64,000 bases of DNA from Phoronis australis (Eukaryota > Animalia > Phoronida): positions 62,001 through 126,000 of the forward strand of contig NMRA01000323.1 of assembly GCA_002633005.1 (NCBI GenBank), given 5' to 3'. The notes beneath the pieces were generated by a model that worked only from the letters and a program-made list of their open reading frames with translations, had not been told where the DNA came from and did not search any database. Made by a program: the position numbers and the translations under genes. Shown piece by piece: positions 1-13,500 of the stretch (positions within the stretch are counted from its first letter, which is position 1; each line of letters opens with the position of its first letter).

Positions 1-1983
1 CATCTAAACATTGCGCAAAGTTTGCAATCGCTTAAACTTCCGTCAAAAGATATCTGTCGTCTGTGTTTTCACACATCTACACCAATTACTTTTACAGCAT
101 TTATTACCAGAAGTCAAGAAATAGTTCTTAATCAACTACGTGCTGATATTTCAGTTCATCAATTCTAAAAATTTTAACATAATTTTCAGTTCGCATCAAA
201 GTGTTTGTATATTTGTCTCATTGAGTAGTGTTAATCGTTTTTTCCCAAATGTCCTGTCAACCAAATAGATCGTGTCCATCTCTTCCAGGCCCTTGATTTA
301 AACATTGAAGCCATCTCTATTTATCACTCATTACGTAATAATCAACGCACTTCATTTTTACTTTATGGTTCGCAACACCTTTTTTATCTCGCAACAACTT
401 AACTTAGAGCTGAATATTTTTCCAATGGATATAGCAGAAAAATGCCTGAAGAAGTCGTCCAGTAATCATTGCCGTATCGTTTTCAACGAACTCTCTATGT
501 TTTTGTGCTCATGTGTGTTTCTTCGTCTGTTTATTTGAAATTTGATTATTCCACTATGTCGTTATACCGTGAGAATTGTCTTTTGTAATTTTGATATCTG
601 TAATGATCCTCTTCATAATTATTATTATATTTATTAATCTGTCTGCACACAATGGTTTCAGTTTGCGGGCAGTAATTCTATCACTTCTTGTATTATATTT
701 ATAGTGATTTAAACAGTTAAAAAGCAAAACCTGAGGGGCCATCTCGCGGCCAAAATACATGTACCAGTCGCTTGTCACTTACTGATGATCTTCGTAGTCA
801 ATTAAACTACGGGGAACCACTGTACACTTTCGCATTTTAAACGCGGCTTTGGGATTTTCTGTACCCGAATCTCAGGTAATAATTTACCTCGGCGTATAAA
901 ATACAGGGCTTGGAATGACCAAAGACAAAAAAGATGAAGATTTTCCAAGTGATGTATCGTTGCAAATAAATACGCTTGTGTAATAGAAATACTTTTTGTT
1001 TTGTAAAATTCAACTGAAATATACATTTTTGCAAGAATGAAGTCAAAATAATGACAAAAAGTGACTAAAATGAGGAAACTGGAAGTCAAAGAGGAAATCG
1101 AAACCAAAGAAGGAAATTTCCAAGCCCTGAAAATACGAACAATTCGGATTAAAGTTTTGCAGGACACCAAAAATGTCTGTATTTGTCTTAACACCGGAAC
1201 ATCATATCTCAGAAAATACTAATCGGATTCATATGAAACTTTCACGGATTATGCTTTATGCATTTTCCTCAATGTTTTTCTTATGCATGAGTGTCTATCA
1301 AAAATAGAATTAAGTTAATAGTTTCAAAAAACGAAAACGAAACAATTAACTTGAAAACTGTAGTAGTGTTTTCGAGATTTCATGTTGATCCTTTATATCA
1401 ACCGAAATTGGGTCAAGTTGTTTATACCATTGTTTTGCTATGAATGTGCCTTTCTTTCTTGCTAAATTTAGCTGAAAATACATGACCGCGTAAGCCAGAG
1501 GATTGGTAAATGTCACATATCAAATTCTTCAGACTTTCTATTTTCAGAAAATATACGCTTATTATTGAGTTGTAGATATTTAGCAAAAAAAAACTTAATT
1601 AGAAGTTTAGTCGCCATATTCGCCAAGCTCGGTTTCAGAAACGTAAAATTGACTGAATAAAATTAATTGTTTTTCATTAGAAGTTCAATCATAGAGTTTA
1701 CTAAAAGTGGTTTATCAATAACAAAAAATGTAAATTTAACATTTTAGATGTCCCCATTTGAGGTTACTGTAACTAAAACTAATTCGGTGACTCCTCTTTG
1801 TTTCTCAGATTTGTAGTGGTCAAAGACCAAAATACAAAATATGAAAATTTAATAAAATCGACAGTAAATTAACTGTGCCGAACGTGTTTTTAGAAACACC
1901 AAAGGAAAGTCTGATTGTTAAAGTCTATTTTTGTAAGTGTATTTTTGTGTATTTTATTGCGAAAACTAACATGTGGTAGTCAG

Positions 1984-2147
1984 GGACCCGTTCCAAGAGA
2001 ACTTACTTAGCTAAGTCAAATCTTAAATTTCACTCAGTTTGTATTAATTTCGACTAACATGCTGGATGTGGAAGCTTCAAAGTTTGGAAATTGAAACAAA
2101 AAGACCTAAGTAAAAATGAATTTAAGTCAGTTTCTTGGAACGGGCCC
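1984..2147. mobile_element. PIF/Harbinger-type MITE
   Basis: TIR GG(A/G)CCCGTTCCAAGA; CAG repeated at 1981-1983 and 2148-2150 (3-bp TSD). Confidence 0.7.
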
Positions 2148-2303
2148 CAGGACTTGGACACAAGAATGATTAATCAGAAAATGAGTTAATTTGCCAACAC
2201 ACGTTGTTTGGTCTTCCATCTTGAAATGCCACTCACGGAGACTCCGTGACATGGCACCTGAAAAACAAATGAGTCAGCCGACGATAATTGCTCATGCGAA
2301 AGT

Positions 2304-2459
2304 CAGTCCTGTAGTGGGGTGTAGGCGCACGTAGGCACAACCAACCACCTTTTGACATTTGAACGTAGCGCCTACGCACCGTAAGTTACGTTCAGTGCTC
2401 AAGGTGATACGGTGGTCTTTGGGCGCTTACTTACCTCTATTTTCACCATTACAGCACTG
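2304..2459. mobile_element. hAT-like MITE, copy 1
   Basis: 14-bp imperfect TIR CAGT(C/G)CTGTA(G/A)TGG; flanks TGCGAAAGT / TGCGAAACT; second copy at 5844. Confidence 0.75.
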
Positions 2460-3445
2460 TGCGAAACTCAAATGGGATGTTTTACCTTCCGCTTTTCGTC
2501 ATTATATTTCGGAGAACGGTGCGAGTTCGTTTGACAATTCACAGCCATCAGCTTGAAATATTCGACTTTGATTTTTTAAGTGCAAATGATCTAAAAGTAA
2601 AACTGATCGCTTTAACATTTGCCACCCGTTTAGAAATCGAGAGAAACACAGGTGGATTTAGGTTGAAGGCCAGGACACGACCAAAAAGCGCCGCTGGTTC
2701 GGAGGAGCCCATTGAAGTTTTCCTTCGAAAATCGCCGTTGTATCATATCCCTCCTTTGCAACATAATGGATCCGCAGTGGAAAGGTATTTCACCTAGGCA
2801 CGACAAGTTTTACAAATTTTGTAAAATAATGAATACATAATATTCTTACAGCATATGTAAATAACTATGGAAAATTTCTAAAAATCATTTGTATAATAGG
2901 TTTATCAATCCGTAATCGTAGCCATCAGATTTCCTTAGGGTTACTATGCACTTGATTTTCGGTGTGCAACACAATTTTATGAAAAACAAACACAGCAAAG
3001 CACGCAGTTCATGACTTCATTGAATGTACTGCTGCCGCGACAACTAAAAAAGTACCATAAAAACACAAAAAGACGTTAAATGTGGACAGGAACAACAAAA
3101 CTGTTAACGAAAACTGAAGAAAACCTACTGACCCCAATCAATAGTTTTAAAATTAGGTAGACATGTCAATCCCAATAATGAGCCACGCCACTGAGGTCAA
3201 TCGCAAGTCAACAGCGTTTAATGACGCTTTTCACGAGTGGAGACTTCGCTGCATGGAGTGGCACGTGTCAGAATAATGGTTTTTGTAGTCAAGCCCTCGT
3301 TTTTAGCGAAATAGTATTTCAAATGGAATTCGGTGTAGAGCTAACGTTGTACCACATTTATCCTCGTTGATGTTGTTCACTTTTATTCATGATTTGCCGT
3401 CAGATGGGCTTCATCGTAAGTTCATGGTTAGCCTAACGGTATGGA

Positions 3446-4680
3446 AGGCCAAAGTGCGGGAAAAAGCTACAAATTACAGGACAACATTTTCTACTCAAGA
3501 TTAAAAAAAGTGCAAAACATTGCTTTTACTCTACAGGATCAAAAAAATCAAGACCAAAATTTATCACGTCAGGACCTACAATTTCTCACCCCGCCAGGAC
3601 CTATAATTTATCACGTCAGCCGGACTGATAATTCAAAACGTTAGGACCAAAATTTCATACGCCAGGATAGAAACTTTAGCACGTCTGACGATCAAAAATT
3701 TAGTACCCCAGAAAAGTTTCAGTCAGGGAGACCGCGAGACCACTAGGTACACAAGGGCTAAGCGTTCAACAAGGTCTCGCCGACGACTATCGTATTAAAC
3801 TGACAATGACTTAGAACGCAGCATTTCTAATGTCTCTTCCACGCTTTATAACTGAAACCAATGTACACTTGGACACATTAGACTTGAATACGAGTGAGAA
3901 TTACAGAGTTACAGCCTCTGTGCGCATTCTATAAAAATGCGAAAGATTCACTAAGGTCATTTGGCCGTGCTGGGGATATGATGTCATACCACCTGCCGCG
4001 CGCAGTGCTAAAAATGGCTAGTTCCCGATTTTGGAAACTGAAAGAGGAACTACTCGAAGAAAAAGTTTGATAACGAGAGTATTTTTTCGAATTGGAAAGA
4101 ATTGAATATATCGACGGACTCCTAAGGTCTTCCTCTATGCGCAAAGGGTATTTATAACAGCGTGACTTAGATGTTTTAGCCAGTGTGCACTGGCAGATCT
4201 AGGATATCTTAAGGGGGCGACATTTTGTCTCGGGGAATCGCGCAAAGCACGGTTGCGTGGGCCTGCCGAGCCTAAAATATAAGGTGCGCTCGTCATGTGA
4301 GCGACTAAAAAAAGAAATAAAGAAAAAAACCAGNATCCGCCTATTACGTGTGAGGCATAATTCGCCGAAAATCTTCCGGCGTATGAAGCTCCTATAGGGG
4401 CCACATCGTCTCTACTCAGCTAGAGACGGTGGTCACTGTCTACGTCCTCATGTTTGTGGTCAAGTCCTTGTGGACGGTCACGTGGTCTCCTGGTATGAAA
4501 AATTTCTGTCCTGGCGTAATAAATTTTGTGTCATGACGTGATAAATTGCCGGTCCAAGTGTGATGGATTTTCTCTCCTGACGTGATTAATTTTTAGTCCT
4601 CATGCGCTAAATTTTGGTCCTGCAGAGTTTTTAATACTTGAATAGAAAATATGTCCTGAAAAATTTCTCCGCTTTGGCTT
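3446..4680. mobile_element. Foldback-type non-autonomous element with long modular inverted arms
   Basis: Arms ~3446-3745 and ~4470-4680 are imperfect reverse complements built from ~22-bp AAATTTATCACGTCAGGAC-like units; N at 4334. Confidence 0.65.
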
Positions 4681-5843
4681 TAGTGTATGTAGATTACACA
4701 ATATTTCTAGGACAATTACACAATTTTACTGACGAAATTTCTAACGCAAGAAAATACCCGGATATAATTCTACTTGTTGTGAAAAAACACTAAGCAAGAA
4801 AAAATGAAATTGTCATTACCAGATTCTGTTATTGGAGAATCTGGATCGCCCTTGACGCAACACCGTCTGAATTCGAAGAACTATGTCAGGTGCATTTTTG
4901 TTTGCGAACAATCGCCTACGAACTATGGTTTAGATATGAGGCATGTTCGTAACTTTCTAAACTCTTTGCCGCGTACCACTTTTTATGCGGTCAACTTGTA
5001 GCGGCACCTACCTTTGTTTAACCACCTCATACTCTGTGTATATCGTTTGTACTATTCCGAAATTTGGACCCTAACTTCGGAGCGTCATATCTCAGAAATG
5101 GCCGATTCACTGATATGAAACTTTCGGATACTATAAAGCACCATTCTTTGCAAAACTGCGACAAGGAATTGTTTTCAAAATGTTCCACTTATGCACGAGG
5201 GTAAACGACAAATAGTTCTTTTGTGATTTTCATGTAAAAACTTTAAAGCCGCAGAAAACGAAAATGAGCCAATGCTATTTTAGAAAACTGTAACTAATTG
5301 ACCTATCGCAAGCTCCGCCCCCTTGCGTAATGTCGACTAACAAACAGTAAGTTTTACCCGGCAACGTCTTGTTTGTTGAGTAAAGTGGCTTGGAACCGAA
5401 GGCGTGTCCATAATGCTGCGTTCTAAATGGTCAGTTAAGCCGTCACTCAAAATCCTGGCGATTGCTCAATCCTCCCAACCCAATTTGGCGAAGTGGGCAA
5501 AAAGGTCCGCCTCAGAGAAACAAAAGCTCCGAAAAAAAGTAGAAAACGAGACAAAAAAAGTCCACTAAAAGGGCAGGAACTACCAAAATTCGGCAAATGC
5601 ACAATTCATAGTTCTGACCGTACCCCGTGAATCTTAGTAGGCTAAAGGGTCCACATTCTCAAAAATTCGAGCCTCCCATTTTTTAGACTCGGTGCGCGTA
5701 TGTTTCGCTTCGCATCTTGACATCGTTTAAAGATGCATATCGCTGCTATTTGGCTGTCAATGCCGAGTTCTTAATAACCGAAGCGAGTTTCGGGTTTAAA
5801 AACATTAACACGACCACCCTAGCTTGAATTGTTGCCAAATGAG

Positions 5844-6005
5844 CAGTTCTGTAGTGGGGCGTAGGCGCAAGTAGGCGCCGCAGCCAACCACCTTTTGGCA
5901 TAAGGACGTAGCGCCTACGCACCGTAATAAGTTACGTTCAGTGTTCAAGGTAATACGGTGTGCGTTGGGCGCCCACTTACCTCTAATTTTACCACTACAG
6001 CAATG
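5844..6005. mobile_element. hAT-like MITE, copy 2
   Basis: Homologous to 2304-2459; 8-bp flanks CAAATGAG / CGAATGAG. Confidence 0.75.
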
Positions 6006-9000
6006 CGAATGAGTCAGCAACTGAAGCCACAGGAAATACGTGCATGTGACATTTTCAAATTCGCAATTTTAGGGTTGGCCAACCTCAATGAATTCGGCGT
6101 TTTCATATGTCGGTGACGGTTTCGAGATTCTTGTTAGATTCTTGTCACGGTATGGAATATTATGAGACCGCTTTTCTGAGAATAAAACGTCTGATTTAAT
6201 TTTCATATATCGCCAGCTAAACAGGGCAAATGATGAAACTTTAAACACACGTAAAAACAAATTAAAAGAATCCTGTACTATGTAGGCCGTCTGCCGTCGG
6301 TTGCAGTATACACGGTGCAGTAACAGGACACTCTCTATTCATTTTCTTTGCAATTTCATATGCAAAACACCTTCCTGAAAGGCGTGTTTCAAACGCTCTG
6401 TGTCCGAAATAGGCTTGTGGACCATGGGCCGCGTACCCTAGACAAGCAAAGAACTCAGGAAAACGCAAGACCTCGCAACTCTTCGCGAAAATCGCCATGG
6501 ATTTTTAGCGAAGCACGTGATTACAATACCTTTATTCACGACCTGTCTTCCATGTAGGGAACACAGTTCAGAACACAAATCAATTAGTGTAACCTCTGAA
6601 ATGGTGAAGAGTCACTATTTACCTGTAGGCGTAATTAATGAAAGCAAAAGCTGAACAGTACAGATTGTTCAAAACTCGTGCTCCAAATTTCATCTCAACT
6701 TCGGGAAATCGATCCATTGGTTTACTCAAAATCCGATAGTGTGTGCGCATGATACCGCTGCTCTGCACGACTCCGCCGCTCACTTCCTCGTAGCCTTCTC
6801 ACGAACTGATAAAATTCTATAATTTTGCCACGGCCTACAATACAATTTCAACCCCCTCTCTGCAGCCCAATTACGTTACGAGGAGAGCATCTTGCCTTAA
6901 CTTTAACACGCATCATCTCAATCTTATAGCGGAAAAACCACCAATTTCTTGACGAACACAACAGTGGTGAGTTAACTGCACAAACATGCACGATCATATG
7001 TTTCTAGGTAGGCCTACTTTGCGAGTGTCTTAATAAACAATTTTACAAAACTATTTGCTAAGGAGATACGGATAGCTAAATAGAAACTGTAAAATATTCA
7101 ATCACTCCAAACGGCTCAGCTGGCAACGACGTGCCTAGAGAGCCATAAACAACGACAAATTTAGAAATAATTTTAATATTTCACCTGTGTTCCTGTGGAG
7201 ACACTCAGACAAATCGAACAACACCCCAATGTTTACAAAATATTCAGATCTTCCTAAAAGGTATAACAAAATTATTTTTTGTAAATGGATGTAAAGAACT
7301 CAACCTAAATGAAAATAAGGTTTTATTCGAAACAGTATCAAAATATCTTTTTACTATTAAATCTCTTTGTGTTTAAGTGGATAAAATAGTATACATGTAA
7401 AATAAGTTATTGTGTATGCAAATGATTTATTTATATCCATAATCATTGTCATCTTAACATCTCAGTTTTTAAAATTATGTATTTGTGTAACTATAATAAT
7501 TGTATATAGATTTCTTTGCATTTATTTGATCCAGATACAATGCCTCTTGGCGCTTTCTGGGTATGTATATTTATTGTACTGAATATTTCATAATAAACAT
7601 TTACAAAGCGATAAGCAACTGTAAGGAACATCGTTCTTGTAATACAAGGCTTGTAACTGGTAGCAGCTTGGCAGATGAAGAGGTGGAGCCAAATGCTACA
7701 TTTGCTAAGGGCTTACGGTGGGGAAGGGGGGCAATAATATTTCGCTACTGAGATTGACAGTACTTGTCGACAATTGCGTGGTTTTCCGAAGACCACCAAA
7801 TGTATACTCATGGCGTGCCATTATTAAAACAGAGGGGTACAACCTAGTAGGATTATCTCATACAGGGCGGATCATAACGGTGCCACCTGTACCCCTCAAA
7901 ATGGCGCCCACCGAGCACTTCCCAGTCGTTCGGTTTGTGCAATTGACTTCCGCTGTCGCGCTGCCAACCCCGGTCAGCACCAGGTTAGTGTCGTCCCCGT
8001 TAATAACTCGTTCCGTGAGACAAAATTGCACCGAATAGGCAAGACGCGCGCAGACCGCCTCGGCGGATCTAAAATTAACAGATTTGTTTATTACACAGCG
8101 GACCTACAGCCCAGCACTAACGTGTGCTCTCAAGAAAATAGAATTAGATCCACCCAGGAACAAAGGTATCTGGCGGCACAGCGACAATTCAATTCTAACT
8201 ATTACAGTCGGTGGCCTAAATCAAATTCATTTTTTGATAAAACAGCACGGGTTTAATGACACTTCAACGTCGAACGTATATTTTTGTTGACGGATGAGAT
8301 CAGGACAACCGTATACGTTTAACCAAAACTGATTGACAAGCTGGCCTTTGCCAGAGTGAAGAAAAGTGCTCTTAAGTCATTCTTCACTTAAAAGGATGAA
8401 ACAAACTAAGAAAATTACCACTTCAAGGAAACAAACGAATGGTCAGTCATGATTCGTAACAGTCGCCGTATTTAAAACAAGTGAGCAATAACTTCGCCAT
8501 TGCTGACATTTCTCAGTCACTGGTAAAGGAAAGGCCTGAGGATCTAGACCAATATGTTTTGACCCTGGAAGCAAGAGTTATACAGACAGTTAGTTCCTTT
8601 ACAAGGCGTGTCTGACACTGAAAGGAAACTTTTAATGGAGATTAGTAATGCTAAATACAAGTAGAAACAAATTACTTCCGGGCATGACAGGTTTAGTCTG
8701 CACTAAGTGAAAACGGCGAGTAATGTTTCCTCCAGTACTGTAAAAGTTTGAGTCAACTTTCAAACGTTCACATTTAGCACAGGACATGGACAACCTGAAA
8801 CTTTGTCACATGTTCTCACAAAAATGAACCCTGAAAACTTTGCTTCGGTACTGGTTGTTCTCACACCAGGTCCCTCGATTTTGGGGCCGAATACTGGAAC
8901 ACTGCGCGAAATTTACCTCTTCAAGCCCCAAGATTCCCCTAAAGTAAGAATCAGGTTTACTAAAGTTAGTTTTAGTACCTTGAGGCACTGCCGATCACGA

Positions 9001-9334
9001 GTGGCGTGGAGACTAAGGGGTGGAATTGGTGGTGACGGTGGATAAATTTTCTCAAATAAAAATTAAAGCAGAGGGTGAGGATGACCTTAAACACTCATCT
9101 AATTTGCTGCACAGTTGTCATGAAACAAATAAGTAAAAGTCCGATGACAAAATTTGCACTGGTCAGCCCTTTCCGCCAGACACACACAAGGATCTCAGTC
9201 GATTGGCGCAGAGATACAGCTAAAAATTTGAATGCCACGTGAATTTTTTCAGAAAGTGTTCACTTTGGGATTTACAAATTGGGCCAACATGAACACTGTC
9301 TGGCATGTTTTTGACTAAAATACAACTTCATTTA

Positions 9335-9683
9335 AAAGGATACCAAACCTGGTTTTGGCATATTAGCAGATAATAAAAACAACTTTCCAATCCTGTTCTC
9401 TGAAACGAAATAATGCTCTGTGACCTTGAACAACCTTCAAAAAGCTTGGAGAAAAACTTGAAAACTCCTTTCAAAGTCTGCAAAACGGCAAGCGTGACCT
9501 ACGCTTTTTTAGAATTGCACAGTAACTGTTCGTGGGAAAAGACCACCCACCAAGGACCATAATATCCAATATGTGAGGTAGAGTATGAGTATTTAAATAA
9601 ATTGATTCCTGCTTTTAACCTGCAATGATGCATATGACAGCAGGAAGACTGGTTGAAATACCAAAACAGGATTTAGTATCTTT
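9335..9683. mobile_element. Kolobok-like MITE, copy 1
   Basis: Ends AGGATACCAAACC...GATTTAGTATCT in a TTAA-like context; homologous along its length to 58651-59010. Confidence 0.65.
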
Positions 9684-10508
9684 CTAATAAAAAGAACATC
9701 AATGTTATGCACAGATCTTTTTAGTGCTTATGCAAAATTGTAATGGTCCAGTGGATGTACTGGGCACACAGCTCTTTCCACCCTTAGCATGTGTGACACA
9801 AACATGTGTGGAGAGGGCAAGCCATTGCATGCAAAACACCTGAACAAAGCATGCATCATTAAAAATGAAATAAGGGTTGAAATGAGCACAGAAATACTCT
9901 ACCAAAGTGAATCCAGAATGTCACAAAATTAAATTCTTCTCACTAAATGTTAATTATAGAATTTATTTTGTGAATAGACAAAATAAACACTCAGCTAAAA
10001 GACAGTACAAAACTTCTCAGTGTGCTTACCCAACATTTGCATGAGGTAACGATGGAACATTTTTTATGAGAATCATTCAAAATACACTTTTCACTGATTG
10101 CAAATTACAACACCGAAATGCAATTGCCTAATCAATGCTTGCCATTATAGATTTTTGTCTGGTCAATATGAAAGAGTCAGAAGAAAGACTCGAAATAGAT
10201 CTCATTATCGCAGGTCAAGGTTACCCAAGTGCAAAAACACCACAACATCTTGCCAACAAACTGAATGTATATTAATTAAGCAGTTCATGGTGTTTGTGCT
10301 GGCTCTTAACTGAAGGTCGTTCACAGATTGTATTGTTTGGTGAGCACTGCAATCTGACATTGAGGATCAAACGAGTTGAGAATGTCTGCCTGTTCCATGC
10401 AGTGATTGTCTTCGTCTTTCATGAAACTTCCAATTTGTGAAGCGAAATTCGAGTGCCATCTGTTGAGCTGCACCTTTGACACGACGACTAGCTCGGCAAT
10501 TGCTGTTG

Positions 10509-10557
10509 TCAGGACACCTGGTGCCTTTGTCCGTACAGAGAACTATACAAATCATTT
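10509..10557 (-). CDS. AATF: AATF exon 12, terminal ([15 protein letters not shown])
   Basis: Acceptor TTTCAG; matches the family L(F/Y)xSL(F/Y)G C-terminus; candidate AATAAA on the minus strand at 9962-9967. Confidence 0.92.
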
Positions 10558-13500
10558 CTGAAAGAATAAATTTACACCTACTTTAATTATTTTAAAAATT
10601 CTCAGTAATATGCAGGACCATCAGATTATCACTGAATAGGTCACCCTCATTTTTATGCACCCAAATATATATGGGACCTATGTGTATCCACATTATGACG
10701 CCATTTCCAGCCCTTCGTCCATCATCTGCTGTTTGGAATATCTCTAGAACTTCTTGATGAATGGTCATGAAAGTTTACAAACATGTTTCTATCATACGGT
10801 AACTACCGCTGTGTCCCCTAGTGGGAATTTTAGTTTATGCTGGCCTTTACTGAATTCCTTGATGGATGTTTATGGAGTCTGGAAAATAGATTTCTATTAG
10901 GGAAAAAAGGTGCAGGAAGCCTGATGCCTTTTACGGTACATCAGGTGTTTAGGCCACAAGGCCGGGCCCATAACACTCTATTAGGGAGAAGACAATTGTC
11001 TCTACATTTTTAGCCGGATGCTATGCAGAATGTGCTCCTACTCAATAAGCATGGCCGACATTGATTTTCGTTGAATTGCTGATTGCAATTTAGCAATTCT
11101 TGTGTATGCCTCTAAACCTATCAACTATCCAATTAGACTTTTAAGAAATTTGGTAAATAGGATTCTCCTAATTCTTCACTCCTAATGGCCATTTTTTGTC
11201 AATTTTGCATTTATTTTTGACACCTGCTTCTCTATATGCCAAAGTATAACGATCTTTGTGAAATTTTAAAAATGCATTCCTACTAAGATTGTCACAACTG
11301 GTGCCAAAAAGAGGCAAATTTGACAGTGCCCCTATATCTGGCAAGTTCCAAGATGGATCTTCACAAAATCTGGCACGTGTGTTGTAGTTGAGGACATGCC
11401 TGTTGATTATTGAAAGAAACCTCCACTGACACTCACTCAGACACACACCTTTTCATTTTCGGGACTTCCTGGGCTTCACCATTTTGTTCAGTGAAAAGCA
11501 TGAATAAATCTACAGGGGAGGACTCAGGATTTTTTAAAAGGGGGGGTCTGAGAAAGGATTCTTTTAAGATGGGGGGTCCAAGTCAACAATTTGAAAATTC
11601 TAGATTTGATATTACTAAAATCAAGAGAAAAAGGATCCCCCTTGACCCCTCGGATCCGCCAATGATTTAAACATTTTAACATCAAACTGGTTCTTGTTCA
11701 CTGTTCTCTTGAATAACAAACACATCACAGAGAAATGGTTCCACATTACTGAAATGGTTCACACATAACTGAAATGGTTTACACGTTACTGAAATGGTTC
11801 ACACCTTACTGAAATGGTTCACACCTTACTTAAATGGTTGACACGTTACTGAAATGGTTGACACGTTACTGAAATGGTTCCCACGTTACTGAAATGGTTG
11901 ACACGTTACTGAAATGGTTCCCACGTTACTGAAATGGTTCAAACGTTACTGAAATGGTTCACACGTTACTGAAATGATTCACACGTAACTGAAATGGTTC
12001 ACACCTTACTGAAATGGTTCACACGTTATTGAAATGGTTTACACGTTACTGAAATGGCTCACACGTAACTGAAATGGCTCACAAATAACTGAAATGGCTC
12101 ACACGTTACTGAAATGGTTCATACGTTACTGAAATGGTTCACACCTTAATGAAATTCTTCACACGTTGTTGAAATGACTCACACGTCACTGAAATGGCTC
12201 ACACGTTAATGAAATGGTTCACACATTACTGAAAAGCTTCACACTTTACTGAAAAGATTCACACATTATTGAAATGGTTCACACGTTATTGAAATGGTTG
12301 CCACATTGTTGAAACCAAAAACCTTGACAACAATTAACAAAACATCGTAACTTGCATGTGGTTAGCAAAAGAACACTACTTAGGAAGACAGGTGTGAAAG
12401 CAAGCACTGCTCGATGAAATACACTTATTCAAACAAGCAGCTGGCGACCCACATTTACGACCTGATGGTTAGGCATTATTTCAGGGGGAGAAAGAAAAGT
12501 AACTGTAATGACCATGATGAGTTATGCACTTAACAAAGTTTGGTCACTAGAGCGCACAGTCAATGCAGGGCCCTAGCTCATCTGAGCAAAAAAAGTGCTT
12601 GTGCGCTGAGAGGAATTTTTGTCAGAGGAGGAAATTTACTCGGTTACTACTGACTCCGAAGGAAACTCTTTGGCCTGAAGAAGGAATCCAGCAAAATTTC
12701 AAAACATATTTTAGAGAAATGGGGCAAAATACGGTGCCGAGAACAAAGCACCTAGGGCTCTGCAATGATCTGTCTCATCAACATTATTTAGGCTTAGAGT
12801 GATCAGCCGTTTTATATATAAAGAATACCTGTTTTAAAATAATCAAATACCTTGACTCATCATTCCAAGTAGAGGTGTTATAGGGCGCCATGAAGTTGAC
12901 TAGCTTTGGGTGTACATCATACCTGGAAAGAAAGAAGATTGTAACACTAAGATCGAATGACAGAAAGGGAACAGCAGAGATCATGACATTACACCGCAGG
13001 ACACTCACTAGAGGGTAAAAGTGGGATACAACGAATTCCGTCTGTCATCCAGCTGCATTATCATATAGTGAAAAATAAATGAAATTGACTTACGGATTTT
13101 AGTTGGTTACGTTGCGTCCTCATCCTGAGGAGTTCGGCAGGTTACTGAGGTGTCATGTGGTGTATCATGTTACCCATCATGTGACTGACAGCACACTCTG
13201 CATGGGATACTCTTGAGCGCTCTATCAGATGTTCTTGGTAACAGAAATCTTAGACCGTCTTGTCTATTTAAACTTGGATTTTCCACTCGTTCACATACAC
13301 GAAAAATCGTTCATGTATATGAACAAGTTAGTGTAAAATCCAAATTTATGTATGCGTTAATTTTAAAGTTCATACCCATATTCTGGCGAAAAACAAATAT
13401 GATCAGTAGCCAACTTAAGTCTGTAAGTCCAGTATTTGATTCGTTTTTCACTTTAAAGTGAGATGATCAGATGAATTGAGGAATCACCAATATTTCGGGG

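Noticed and set aside
1-1900. Short ORFs (69-130 aa) at the window start
   Set aside because: Low-complexity AT-rich translations with no family motifs or consistent splice chain; the region contains repeat fragments.
11732-12314. CRISPR-like array
   Set aside because: Units are contiguous 20-mers with no unique spacers; no cas genes; lies in a eukaryotic intron.
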